Assembly (NCBI RefSeq): GCF_006345805.1
Contig: NC_042997.1
Span: 191,890,001-191,954,000 of the forward strand
Direction of reading: 5' to 3'
Length of the DNA stretch: 64,000 bases
Source of the DNA: Octopus sinensis
Taxonomy: Eukaryota
Shown here: one piece after another, positions 1 through 12,500 of the stretch
Layout: each line of letters opens with the position of its first letter
Position numbering within the stretch: the stretch's first letter is position 1
Notes under the pieces: model-generated
What the model saw: the letters and a program-made list of their open reading frames with translations, nothing else
Database searches by the model: none
What the model was told of the DNA's origin: nothing
Program-made: the position numbers and the translations under genes

Positions 1-313
1 TAAGGAGTCAAATACTTGAACACTTACACAGCTCCTACTATTGTACCAATCTGTTTACATACACGATATTCCAACTATGTACAAAAAGAAAGTTTGGGCC
101 ACAGTCTAAATTACTACCTGCTTATATAGTTTTTTTGTAGTATTAACAAAAAGCCACAAATTTTGCGACATGATGATGATGATGATGATATCTATAGATT
201 TTGACACACTGCCAAAATATTTGATAAGAAATACTCCCACAAAATTAGAGAACAGATCACAAATTTTTAGTTGAATAGTTACTTATTTGTGTTACTTGAC
301 AGCCTCACAAGTG

Positions 314-460
314 CTCACGTCCCTGTAACTTAACGGTTCGGCAAAAGAGACTGATAGAATAAGTACTAAGCTTACAAAGAGTAAGTCTTGGGGTTGATTT
401 GTTTGACTAGAGGCAGTGCTCCAGCATGGCTGCATCCAAATGACTGAATCAAATAAAAGA
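314..460 (+). mobile_element. SINE family B, 3' half
   Basis: Matches the 3' half of other family-B copies (GTCCCTGTAACTTA...CAGCATGGC...AATGACTGAA...AAAGA). Confidence 0.8.
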
Positions 461-490
461 ATACAAATGCATATAGTTTGTGTTTGTTTA

Positions 491-720
491 GGCGGCAAGC
501 TGGTAGAACCATTAGCACGCCGGGCGAAATGCGTAGCCGTATTTCGTCTGCCGCTACGTTCTGAGTTCAAATTCCACCGAGGTCGACTTTGCCTTTCATC
601 CTTTCGGGCTCGATAAATTAAGTACCAGTCACACACTGGGGTCGATGTAATTGACTTAATCCGTTTGTCTGTCCTTGTTTGCCCCCTCTATGTTTAGCCC
701 CTTGTGGGTAATAAAGAAAC
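491..720 (+). mobile_element. SINE family A monomer
   Basis: GGCGGCAAGCTGGTAGAA head, GAGTTCAAATTCC B-box-like motif, flanking direct repeat CATATAGTTTGTGTTT. Confidence 0.9.
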
Positions 721-743
721 ACATATAGTTTGTGTTTAGTAAT

Positions 744-866
744 TCCACTCACAGAGCATTGAATTTATGGTAGAAGACACTTACCCACAGTGCCTTGCAG
801 CAGGATTGAACCCGAAAACTTGTGGTTGAAAAGCAAACCTTTTAACCACACAGCCATGCTTGCTCC
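744..866 (-). mobile_element. SINE family B, degraded 5' part
   Basis: Reverse complement of the tRNA-like head of family B. Confidence 0.7.
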
Positions 867-1360
867 TGGTTATTCCAATATTTCAGATTCTGAGCTAATT
901 TCAACACTGTAAAAATTAAACATTATAATAGTTTGCTACTGTGCTCTAACTCGCTAATAAAACTCAAATATAAGACAATTACAAAGCCACAATAGCATTT
1001 AACAATTTTTTATGAAGGTATTTGGCAACTGATGAAGCACAAACAATGAAATGCTGGACATTACTGTGTATCATATATTGCCAAAAATGTTTTTTATTTG
1101 CATATAAAATATACATTATTAAAGTTAATTTTTGGCAGTTCTTATAGCCCTACTGCACATTTAAGTTTTATAGCAGTTTGTGTAGTTATACACAGTTTTT
1201 CTCTGCATAGACATCTTTGCTTTTGTCAGCTACAATAAATGTGCATTTATATGAGATAGCTAAGGCAGCAATTAATATTGTAAATTGTAAAAAACTTATT
1301 TTCAGTTAATTTTATCTATATGATGCCACTAAAGTACGTTATGATCACAAGGGACCGTTC

Positions 1361-1554
1361 CAGTCATTTGACTGTGGCCATGCTGGAGCACTGCCTTTTA
1401 CTTGAGCAAATCAACCCCAGGACTTATTCTTTGTAAGCCTAGTACTTATTCTATCGGTCTCTTTTTGCAGAACCGCTAAGTTACAGGGACGTAAACACAC
1501 CAGCATCGGTTGTCAAGCGATGTTGGGGGGGGGGGGACAAACACAGACACACAT

Positions 1555-1643
<89 letters not shown>

Positions 1644-1832
1644 CATACATATATATACATACGTATATACGATGGGCTTCTTTCAGTTTCCATCTTCCAA
1701 ATCCACTCACAAGGCTTTGGTCAGCCCGAGGCTATAGTAGAAGACACTTGCCCAAGGTGTCATGCAGTGAGACTGAACCCGGAACCATGTAGTTCGTAAG
1801 CAAGCTACTTACCACACAGCCACTCATACGCC
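1361..1832 (-). mobile_element. SINE family B with internal (TA)n
   Basis: tRNA-like head (TGGCTGTGTGGTAAGTAGC, GGGTTCAGTC), CCTTGGGCAAGTGTCT segment, internal (TA)n at about 1564-1636, 3' hairpin CAGTC-AAAT-GACTG. Confidence 0.92.
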
Positions 1833-2102
1833 ATGGATAATGGGTTGAAATAATTGCTGCTATCATAGTTACAAGGCTTGAAATTTTGAGGGAAGATGTC
1901 TAGACGATTAAATTTTATCCAGAACTTGATTGGTAATTTCTTTTACCAACCCCAGAGGAATGAAAGGCAAAGTTGATCTCAGCAGGTTTTGAATTCAGAG
2001 CTGGAAGAAATACAAGACATTTTGTTCAGTGCTCTAACCATTCTGCCTATCTGTCATCCAACCTCTGGTTTAAATAACATGAGCTGTTTTACTCTATGGT
2101 TA

Positions 2103-2265
2103 CAGGCATGGTTAGGGATTTAAGAAGCTTGCTCTGCAACCATGGTTTCGGGTTCAGTCCCACTGCGCAGCACTTGGGTAAGCATCTTCTACTATAGCTT
2201 CAGGCCAACCAATACATTGTTAGAGAGTTTAGTGGATGGAAACTGTGTGGAAGCCTCTGTGTGAG

Positions 2266-2300
<35 letters not shown>

Positions 2301-2452
2301 TTTACCACAGCTTAACAACTGGTATTGATGTGTTTATGCCCCTGTAACTTAGCAGTTCAGCAAAAATGCTTGCTAGATTAAGTATTAGGCTTAAAAAAGA
2401 AAACAAGTTCTGGGACTGATTCATTTGACTAAAAATTCAGAGTCTAATGACT
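2103..2452 (+). mobile_element. SINE family B, diverged
   Basis: Head, internal (GT)n and 3' part similar to other family-B copies. Confidence 0.8.
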
Positions 2453-2764
2453 TGCTAGAGTCATGACTAGAAATTCTAGCATGGAAAGCGGACGTTTAAA
2501 TGATGATGATGACGATGATGACGATGATGACGACAACGACGACGATGACGACAACGATGATGATGATGATTACTGGCCAGAGTCATGACTAAAACTTCAG
2601 AGTCTAATGACCTGCCGGAGTCATGACTAAAAATTCAGAGTCTAATGACTTGCCAGAGTCATGACTAAAAATTCAGAGTCTAATGACTTGCCGGAGTCAT
2701 GACTAAAAATTCAGAGTCTAATGACTTGCCGGAGTCATGACTAAAAATTCAGAGTCTAATGACT
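2427..2764. repeat. 38-bp tandem repeat derived from a SINE 3' tail, interrupted by a family-D 3' fragment and (GAT/GAC)n
   Basis: GAGTCATGACT recurs at 2580, 2618, 2656, 2694, 2732 (period 38); a further partial unit at 2427-2476. Confidence 0.9.
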
Positions 2765-3283
2765 GAAATAATTAAAAGATGAAAGAAGAGAGTGCTACAT
2801 TGTATGCAATAATATATATTACATGTTAGAGGCACTAGTGTAGCTAGAGTGTGTGCCACCTGAAGCACACACTCTAGCTGCCCCTGGATGCCACAAAAAC
2901 ACACACATATTGCCTACAGCAGACCCAAAAGTGTCACCCCTTTAAAAGTGCTGCCATAGCTATGAGTGGCTAGAGGATCATCTTCAATCCAGTGGCAAGA
3001 CCAGGACATGGTGACTGGGGATAGAGACAGATGCAGTGGACGACCAAACTGTCTCACATGTCTCATCTTCCTCTCTGCATTCCACAACGTGTTGCTGCAT
3101 GCACTTTCCCCTCCATTAAACCATGAAGGTTTTTTTCATGGAGGTCACAGATCCAGTCTTCTCATGCATAGGTAAGCAAGCCCTTATATGCTAATTAATC
3201 GTAAGCCAGGACCTTAATAGGTGCTATTACACCAGATCAGAGCAGAGCTGAGCTAGGAACAATAGTGGTTAAGAGATGTTTCC

Positions 3284-3699
3284 TATTTCTTTATTGCCCA
3301 CAAGGGGATAAACATAGAGGGGACAGACAGGGACAGACAAAGGGATTAAGTCAACTAGATCAACCTCAGTGCGTAACTGGTACTTAATTTATCGACCCCC
3401 AAAAGGATGAAAGGCAAAGTTAACCTCAGCTGAATTTGAACTCAGAACGTAACGGCAGACAAAATACCTATTTCTTTACTACCCACAAGGGGCTAAACAC
3501 AGAGAGGACAAACAAGGACAGACAAGCAGATTAAGTCGATTATATCGACTCCAGTGTGTAACTGGTACTTATTTAATCGACCCCGAAAGGATGAAAGGCA
3601 AAGTTGACCTCGGCGGAATTTGAACTCAGAACGTAACGGCAGACGAAATACGGCTAAGCATTTCGCCCGGTGTGCAAACATTTCTGACAACTCGTTGCC
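3284..3699 (-). mobile_element. SINE family A dimer (one head, two bodies)
   Basis: Body TATTTCG...AAAGAAATA present twice in tandem behind a single head. Confidence 0.9.
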
Positions 3700-4018
3700 T
3701 TAGTAAGCTAAGGGATGTTTCCATGCTCCACAGACTCCTGGAACTTATAAACTCCTGTGTATGGCACACTGCTGTATAATACAGTTTCCATCCACTAAAC
3801 TCACTAACAAGGCATTGGTTGGCCTGAAGCTATAGTAGAAGATACTTACCCAAGTGCCGCACAGTGGGACTGAACCCAAAACCATGGTTGCAGAGCAAGC
3901 TTCTTAACCCCCTAACCATGCTTGTAACCATGGAGTAAAACAGCTCGTGTAATTTAAACCACTGTATAATATTCAATCAAATAGCAATGAATTGACAAAC
4001 AGAGTATTGCAGAGAGAA

Positions 4019-4055
<37 letters not shown>

Positions 4056-4390
4056 CAGAGAGAGAGACAGAGACAGACAGACAGAGACAGAGACAGATAG
4101 ACAGAGAGCTAGCAGAAGCAGGTAGTGACTGCTGCTGTCTGCGAAGACGATCATACAATCTATAAATTTATTCAGAAGAATTTTCAGAAAATATTTTCAG
4201 AGATATTGCAGTAATATGGCTTGTTTCCTGTATGAAAGCATTTATGAGTATTTAACATTCAAAGAATCATTTAATACAGACATCCCATGATTACATTGTG
4301 TTCTGCAGTTATATGGCATGATTTCTATTACTTGGAGCTTCTTATAATCTCTGTATAAATACATACATATATATATATGTACACACACAC

Positions 4391-4432
<42 letters not shown>

Positions 4433-4562
4433 ACACACACACACACATACACATACACATATGTACTCACACACACACACATATATATACACATATATGT
4501 GCACACACACATATATATACACATATATATAAATGTATATATATATTAATATATATATATAT

Positions 4563-4781
4563 TTTTTTTTCTTTTACTTGTTTCAGTCATTTGACTGCGG
4601 CCATGCTGGAGCACCGCCTTTAATCGAGCAGCTCGACCACAGGACTTATTCTTTTATAAGCCCAGTATTATTCTATCGGTCTCTTTTGCCAAACCGCTAA
4701 GTAACGGGGACATAAACACACCAGCATCGGTTGTCAAGCAATGCTAGGGGGACAAACACAGACACACAAACACACGCATGC

Positions 4782-4812
<31 letters not shown>

Positions 4813-4962
4813 TACGATGGGCTTCTTTCAGTTTCCATCTACCAAATCCACTCACAAGGCTTTGGTCGGCCCGAGGCCATAGTAGAAGACACTTGCCCAA
4901 GGTGCCACGCAGTGGGACTGAACCCGGAACCATGTGGTTGGTAAACAAGCTGCTTACCACAT
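4563..4962 (-). mobile_element. SINE family B
   Basis: Near-complete copy with internal (TA)n; first about 15 nt of the head missing. Confidence 0.9.
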
Positions 4963-4999
4963 GTATAATATATATATGTATGTATAATATATATATATA

Positions 5000-5898
5000 A
5001 ATCCTTAAATCCTTAAAAATGTTTTAGCCCGAAGGCCGCGGCCATGCTGGGGCACCACCGCTGAATGAGCCACACTAGTTTGTGAATCCACCTCTGATAC
5101 GTGGCACTTGATCAACAAGGGAGTTCGATGCTGCTGCCCGCATCCGCGTCTCCTGTCGTGAGGTAGGTTCATCTGGGACTTCCAACAAGAAGAGATCCAG
5201 TTTAGTTTTAAAGAAACCCACATCCACACCATGTAAGTCTCTCAGGCATTTAGGGAGGATGTTGAAAAGCTGTGGTCCTCTGAAACCCAAGCTGTTGCAG
5301 TATCTGGACCTGTATTTTGATGGTGATGTTGGAATCCTTGGCACCACGCAGCGGCGCCCCGTTCTGCGGTTGGAGTAACTTTGAATGCCAAAGTTTGGGA
5401 TAAGACCCTCCAGGATTTTCCAGATGTATATTACTGCATATCTCTCCCGCCTCCGCTCCAGGGAGAAGAGGTTTAATACCTTCAGTCTTCCCAGTAGCTG
5501 ACATTTTGCATTGAGACGATTTTCTTTGTGTAGCTTCTCTGAGTTGCTTCGAGTTCTGCTGTTTGTTTTATATTGTGTGGTGACCAAAGTTGGGAGCAGT
5601 AGTCCAAGCGGCTGAGGACAAATGTTTTCCATAGGACCATCAGTGTCTCCTTCTCTCTTGTTCTGAAAGTTCGGAGAATCCATCCAGCTAGCCGTCTGCA
5701 TTTTATCACCAGATTAGCAATATGCATTTGGAAAGATGCATCATTGCTCATGTCAATGCCCAGGTCACGCACTGATTTTGACTCAGGGATTGCAATTCTT
5801 CCTGGGCCAGTGTATCCAGTCTTCACGTCATTTACCTTTGTGTGCCAGTAGCGCAGGGCCTGGAACTTACCTGCATTAAACTGCATGCTGTTGTCCTT
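5000..5898 (-). mobile_element. 5'-truncated CR1-like LINE (RT C-terminal region and 3' end), frameshifted
   Basis: ORFs 5482-5886 and 5075-5701 give VRDLGIDMS, GWILRTF, LDYCSQLWSPH, ERRRERY..IYIWKILEGL, typical of CR1-group ORF2; short TTTAAGGAT tandem tail. Confidence 0.85.
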
Positions 5899-5999
5899 TA
5901 TATGTATAATATATATATATATAATATAATATAATATATATATATATGTATAACATATATATATATATATGCATAATATATATACATATATGTATAATA

Positions 6000-6350
6000 T
6001 CTATCTATATAAAGATGAGAATGTGTGTGTGTGTGTGTGTGTATCTGTGTCTGTCTGTCTGTGTGTCTATCTCTGCGTGTGTCTGTCTGTCTGTGTATCT
6101 GTGTGAATCCCTAAAACTTGAGAACTACACAACCGATTTCATTCAAATTTTACACATGCTTTACTTAGGGTCCATGTAGTGTCATAGGCCCCCCCACCAA
6201 ATTTTAACTTCTTGCCTAGTGCGAGCCCACAGCAATATCATATTTTCTCCACTATTTCAGTATTACGTCTCAAATGAGAAACAATAGCATCTCTCTATTG
6301 TAATGTCAGATACTTTCACTTTAATACTGAAATACTGAAACTATTAAAGT
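6000..6350 (+). mobile_element. Non-autonomous Helitron-like element, 5' part
   Basis: TCTATCTATATAAAG start followed by (GT/GTCT)n and ACCGATTTCATTCAAATTT, a typical HINE-like layout. Confidence 0.6.
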
Positions 6351-6442
6351 GAAACTATTATCTCACATATATACAGGCATACATACATATATATAATATA
6401 TATATATATATACATCTGCACAAATGTATATATATAGATGTA

Positions 6443-6950
6443 CTAGCAGTATAGCCTGGCTTTGCTCGGAATTAAGTTAGGATTATTAAGCTAATCAAAC
6501 TCTTTATTTCAAACCAAACTAAGTAACATCGACGTCAAATTTGAGTGAAATCAGTTGAAATTGGTAAACTTTTGGCTGAAAATGAGTTGCAGACAATTTG
6601 ATTGGGAAATCCCATAAGGAATCGGCTTATCGATTTTTTCCACTCATCAATTGTTTTTTCTTATTCATTTTTGCAGAACTTAAAGAATTCAAAGATCCCA
6701 TGAGTCCTAAGTAATGCAGGCATCAAGTTGGAACAAAAAACATCAAAATTGGTAAAAGTTATGGTTGAAAATGGGGTGTAGCCAATTTTAGCCGGAAGGC
6801 CTATAAGGAATCGGTTTATATAGTTTTTTTTTTATCCCGATTAAATGGAAAACCCCATCCCTTGAAATGACTAACCTTGTACCAAAATTTGAAACCAATA
6901 TTTCCACATGGTCAGACATGTTTTCTCAGAAGAGCCAGAACCAAATGACA
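6443..6950 (-). mobile_element. Helitron-like element, 3' part
   Basis: Minus strand ends CCGAGCAAAGCCAGGCTATACTGCTAG, matching the hairpin+CTAG end at 63684-63712. Confidence 0.65.
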
Positions 6951-7051
6951 CCGTTATATGATGGTGACACTCATCTACAGCTATCATGCAATCTCAAGAC
7001 AAAGAGACAACAACTCACATACACACTCATACACATGCACACACACACACA

Positions 7052-7082
<31 letters not shown>

Positions 7083-8519
7083 ACACACACACACACACAC
7101 ACACACTTCCATCTACCAAATCCACTTACAAGATTTGGGTTGGCCGAGGGCTACACTAGAAGATGCTTGCTCAAGATACTATACAGTAGGAATGAACCGA
7201 GACCCATGTATTTATTGCTCACTGGGTGATTGTGCTGTTGATTACACCAAATGAGGGAAAAACAAAAACGTACATTTTATCAACTAACCATATATAAAAA
7301 TTACTTTCAGGTAATTTTCAACATAAACATGGATCCTTCTGGAAGCCAGTGATGGCTAAAAATGCTTTGTAGTTAAAACAGAAATGAGACGCAGAAACTT
7401 AAGCAACAATATGCAGCATCAATGCAGAGTCAAACAATCTATAAAATATAAATACCCAAGTAATTTATTCTCTACAGTGACTGTGAACATATATCAGGCA
7501 AATAAAATTTTACATGACTGATCATAGAAGAGACAGATTATGCATCCAAACAGATCTAAGTGGGTAGATATATAGGCAGACTGCCAAAACTTCTAAATCA
7601 GGATAAGAAAGAAAGCAGACAACAAAACATATATCTGACAATGGCTAAACTAGTGTTAACATATTAAATACTGCAAACATTAAAAAGCCAGTGAATATGA
7701 AAAAACAAATAAAATTAGTTAGTGACTCATGATGAGAGAATTACTAAATACGAGATTTATTAACTAAATAAATGAAATAAATGAATTCTCAGTTGGTTTT
7801 GTTGACGGTGGTTTTGATAATGTTACTATGATGATGTCGGTATCTATGATACAGGTTTCCATGATGTTAGTTTTAGTAAAGCTGGTTTTGACATTGTTGT
7901 CTTGATGTTGGTCCTGACAATGTTAGTTTTGACACTGTTGGTTTCCATGATGCTGTTTTGACACAATGTTATTTTGACAACGTTAATTTAGATGATGTCA
8001 TTTTGACAATGTCATTTTGACAATGTTATTTTGACAATGTTAATTTTGATGATGTCATTTTGACAATGTTGATTTTGAAGATGTTGTTTTGACACAATGT
8101 TATTTTGACCAAGTTAATTTTGATGATGTCATTTTGACAATGTTAGTTTTGACAATGTTGTTTTGACACAATGTTATTTTGACAATGTTAATTTTGATGA
8201 TGTCATTTTGACAATGTTAGTTTTGACAATGTTGATTTTGAAGATGTTGTTTTGACACAATGTTATTTTGACAACGTTAATTTAGATGATGTCATTTTGA
8301 CAATGTTATTTTGACAATGTTAATTTTGATGATGTCATTTTGACAATGTTAGTTTTGACAATGTTGATTTTGATGATGCTGTTTTGACACAATGTTATTT
8401 TGACAATGTTAATTTTGATGACGTTATTTTGACAATGTTGAGTTTTGATGATATTAGTCCTGATGGTATTGATTTTGATAATATTGATTTTGATAATGTT
8501 GTTTTGATGTTGTGGTTTT

Positions 8520-9001
8520 CTTCATCCAATCAGGACTCACGCCATTAGCCACAAAGAGTAATCTCTAATTCGAGCCTACTCTAAGCTACTAAGAATGTGT
8601 GTGTGGCAACTTGAAGATCCACCCACCACACGCGATAGACTGGTGGTTGCACGGGCACGAAAGCTACGTTGTTACACTCATTCCGTAAACGGTGGCTTTT
8701 AATGGGTGAAGAGCTGAACCATCATGGGGTACAGAGGATTCGCAATCTAGCCTAGGGTCTGAAAGTTTACCACACCATAGTGGGTTACACCATGGTTCCT
8801 CTGCTACGTGGCAGAAATAGGAAGAAAGAGTGAGAGAAAGTTGTGATGAAAGAGTACAGCGGGGTTCATCCCCTGCTGCAGTCTTGTGGAGCTTAGGTGT
8901 TTTTGCTCAATAAACACTCACAATGCCCAGTCTGGGAATCGAAACCGTGTTCTTACGACCGCGAGTCCACTGCCCTAACCACTGGGCCATTGCGCCTCCA
9001 C
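8520..9001 (-). mobile_element. Chimeric SINE: family C head/body plus an unrelated tail of about 300 bp (copy 1)
   Basis: GGAGGCGCAATGGCCCAGTGG head; whole unit flanked by the 15-bp direct repeat TGATGTTGTGGTTTT. Confidence 0.8.
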
Positions 9002-9280
9002 TGATGTTGTGGTTTTGACAATGTTATTTTGACAATGTTAATTTTGATGATGTCATTTTGACAATGTTATTTTGACAATGTTAATTTTGATGATGTCATT
9101 TTGACAATGTTAGTTTTGACAATGTTGATTTTGATGATGCTGTTTTGACACAATGTTATTTTGACAATGTTAATTTTGATGACGTTATTTTGACAATGTT
9201 GAGTTTTGATGATATTAGTCCTGATGGTATTGATTTTGATAATATTGATTTTGATAATGTTGTTTTGATGTTGTGGTTTT

Positions 9281-9762
9281 CTTCATCCAATCAGGACTCA
9301 CGCCATTAGCCACAAAGAGTAATCTCTAATTCGAGCCTACTCTAAGCTACTAAGAATGTGTGTGTGGCAACTTGAAGATCCACCCACCACACGCGATAGA
9401 CTGGTGGTTGCACGGGCACGAAAGCTACGTTGTTACACTCATTCCGTAAACGGTGGCTTTTAATGGGTGAAGAGCTGAACCATCATGGGGTACAGAGGAT
9501 TCGCAATCTAGCCTAGGGTCTGAAAGTTTACCACACCATAGTGGGTTACACCATGGTTCCTCTGCTACGTGGCAGAAATAGGAAGAAAGAGTGAGAGAAA
9601 GTTGTGATGAAAGAGTACAGCGGGGTTCATCCCCTGCTGCAGTCTTGTGGAGCTTAGGTGTTTTTGCTCAATAAACACTCACAATGCCCAGTCTGGGAAT
9701 CGAAACCGTGTTCTTACGACCGCGAGTCCACTGCCCTAACCACTGGGCCATTGCGCCTCCAC
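9281..9762 (-). mobile_element. Chimeric SINE, duplicate copy 2
   Basis: Appears identical to 8520-9001. Confidence 0.8.
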
Positions 9763-10158
9763 TGATGTTGTGGTTTTGACAATGTTATTTTGACAATGTT
9801 ATCTTTATGATGTTGCTTTGACATTGTTGATTCCAATGATGTTGTTATCCAATTCTTTGATTAACAGAATTGTTTGCTTACTTGTACGGTAAATTGCTGG
9901 GCATTCCAAAGACACTTGTGCAATTAATATGATTCACAGGTAAAATTAGCTGGACACACTATGTATCAAGTCTGGCCTTTTGAATTATAGGTACAATGTA
10001 ACTGATGGGCTTTTACGCAGTTTTGCAGGACCCAGTTTCACTCACAGAGCCCAGATAAATCTGAGACCATGGTAAAAAATATTTTCACAAAATGCTACAG
10101 GGCCAGATCAAATCTGAGATAGCTGTCACCTAACCAGATGTGGCAATCATCATGTATG

Positions 10159-10192
<34 letters not shown>

Positions 10193-10267
10193 TGTATGTA
10201 TGTATGGATGGATGAATGGATGTATGTATGTGTGTGCATGTGCCTGCATGTGTGTGTGTGTTGTATA

Positions 10268-10421
10268 CAGTCATGGTTAAAAGTTTGGAGCATTTTTTAA
10301 AAGATTAAAATTATTTTGCCCAAGTAGAATTCAATTCAAATATATACAATATATATATTTGGGCATTTAATATAAAAATTCTAATTTTCAAACATATGCT
10401 CCAAACTTTTAGCCATGACTG
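10268..10421. mobile_element. Tc1/mariner-type MITE, 154 bp
   Basis: TIR CAGTCATGG(T/C)TAAAAGTTTGGAGCAT at both ends, TA on both sides. Confidence 0.88.
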
Positions 10422-11015
10422 TATGTATGTATGTATGTGTGTGCTTGTGTGTGTGTGTGTGTGTTTGCATGTGTGCATTTGTGAGTATGTGTTTGTGTGT
10501 GTGTTTGTATGTGCATATGTGTGTTTGTGTGTGTGTGAATGTGTGTGTGTGAATGTGTGTGTGTGAATGTGTGTTTGTGTGTGTGCATGTTTGTGTGTGA
10601 GTGTGTGTGTGTGCTTACATACACATGTATGTGCATGGGTATATATTGCAGAGATGTATACGTGACGTGTGTATCATAAAGATGGCAGCAACATACAGGT
10701 GACTGGTTGGATGGATTCTAAGAATATTTAGAATAAGAGAATAAGAAGTTATGTTAGTTCTGTGAAGAACACTTGTCAGAAATCTGAATTATTGCTCCCA
10801 GCTACCTTTTCTTTCCAAGTGTTAATCTCTCTACTAAACTGGATGCAACCCAACATTCCTACACAAAGAAGATTGTCTCTATGCATCAGATGAGCTACTG
10901 AAAGATGTGGAAAATGTTGAAAATTTTCTCTCTAGTGCAAAAAAAGAAAAAAGATATGCACTATTTATATTTAGTAAAGGTTTGAAGGTTTGGCAGCAAT
11001 GAAAGTTCAGCAAAT

Positions 11016-11210
11016 CGCAGGAGTGGCTGTGTGGTAAGTAGCTTGCTTACCAACCACAAGGTTCCGGGTTCAGTCCCACTGCGTGGCACCTTGGGCAAGT
11101 GTCTTCTTCTATAGCCTCGGGCTGACCAAAGCCTTGTGTGTGGATTTGGTGGACGGAAACTGAAAGAAGCCCGTCGTATATATGTATATATATATATATG
11201 TGTGTGTGTG
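11016..11210 (+). mobile_element. SINE family B, 5' half
   Basis: Well-preserved head ending in the internal TA/GT repeat. Confidence 0.88.
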
Positions 11211-11381
11211 CCTAGAAAGTTACCCTCCAAGGTACAAGTCTGGGCAAGGTTGTTTATGGAAGGCTAGCAATTACCCATATATACCAGTCTCCCCTCTCCG
11301 TGCCACTGATATTATCCAAGGGAAAGGCAAAGGCTGATACAGCTTGGCACCAGTGATGTCACAACTCATTTCTACAGCTGA
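11211..11381 (-). mobile_element. SINE tail module E fragment
   Basis: Matches 20623-20815 and 22880-23068. Confidence 0.75.
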
Positions 11382-11529
11382 ACATTTTCCAGTTTGCTCT
11401 TATTCTAAACTACACTTTAAGAAAGCCTGTCCCTTGCTGATTTCATTACTTCAGTAATTATTGACCACTTCTAAAGAAACAACCAGGAATTTAAGAGAAT
11501 CTATTTCCCAAGAACTTTTTGAACTTATT

Positions 11530-12500
11530 ACCCTAGTGCTCTTGCTGTGTATAAAATCTCCCTTCTCTGTTAGTCTGCCTGTGATTCCACTACACCTCCT
11601 GTGTGTTCATTGTTTACACTGGGCACATCTTAGGGAATTCCTACTGATACCTTTTCTGAAAATAGAGTATGGCCATTTCCCTCATGCTACAAGGAACCTG
11701 CTTTCCTTCCTATAAACTATAACATTTGTTGTTTCTTCTTCAAGGCCCTACAGTTCCAGATTTTGCTTCCATGGCTAGAAGTTCATCTTCATTTCTTCAA
11801 CAGGTTTTGCTCATGAGACCTAAGTTGTCAATATAGAGAAGTCTCCAAGAGCAGACAGTTTTAAATTCTTTTGTTATAGTTAGGAGAACTGAGCCTTGAT
11901 GTACTCCTATTTGCACATTTATTTATCACTGAACTCATCACTGATTCTCGCCTGCTAAACACTTATTTGCACATAGCTTGTACGGCCCTCACAAACCATT
12001 TATCAACTCTTAGTTACCTTTGCAACCACCAAATAAAGGACTCTATCAAAGCCTTCTCCAGATTGATAAGCAGTAGCAGTAGTTATGACCATGTATTTTC
12101 ATGTAGTTGTCTCAGGGAATATTGCATCAGTAGTACCTCTTTCTGGGCCAAACCAAACTACAACTCATTGAGACTAATTCTGCTCCAAATCAGCTTTGCA
12201 GTAACCTTATCTCAAACATTCATAACCTCAGTCTTATAGTTTTCTCTCTTTACTGTATCCCCCTTGCTTTTATAGTCATCAACAATAATACTGCAGCACC
12301 AATATAGCACCATCCTGTATTATTTGAATGACTATTTGAATGACTATCCTTTATCCTACTTCACCAGATGTTTTAAGCATGTTGGTGACTATCATTGATG
12401 GTCCAGCTGCTTTCTCCACTTTCATGTCCCTTATCGCTCTATCTACCAAACCACTGCCAACTTGGATGGCCGGTCCCTCTCTTGTAAGTATTCTCTCTCT
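11530..12500 (-). mobile_element. Degraded RTE-clade LINE, RT region
   Basis: Manual translation gives GTTDAIF, GVHQGSVL, SWRLLYIDNLGL and a downstream CSGITGRL segment, with many stops and frameshifts. Confidence 0.65.

Larger units (their letters stand above)
7790..9850. repeat. Minisatellite of about 15 bp (TTTTGACAATGTTA / TTTTGATGATGTCA) containing a 761-bp tandem duplication
   Basis: Units read directly; 8521 aligns to 9282 and 9001 to 9762 (offset 761). Confidence 0.92.

Noticed and set aside
4100-4350. DYKKLQ and LYDRLRR segments loosely recalling a HEI10-like coiled coil
   Set aside because: Splice phases do not join them, and the frame runs into a CT microsatellite
7790-9850. Regularly spaced repeats suggestive of a CRISPR array or coding repeat
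   Set aside because: Units are contiguous with no unique spacers, vary from 14 to 17 bp and so break frame, and the context is eukaryotic
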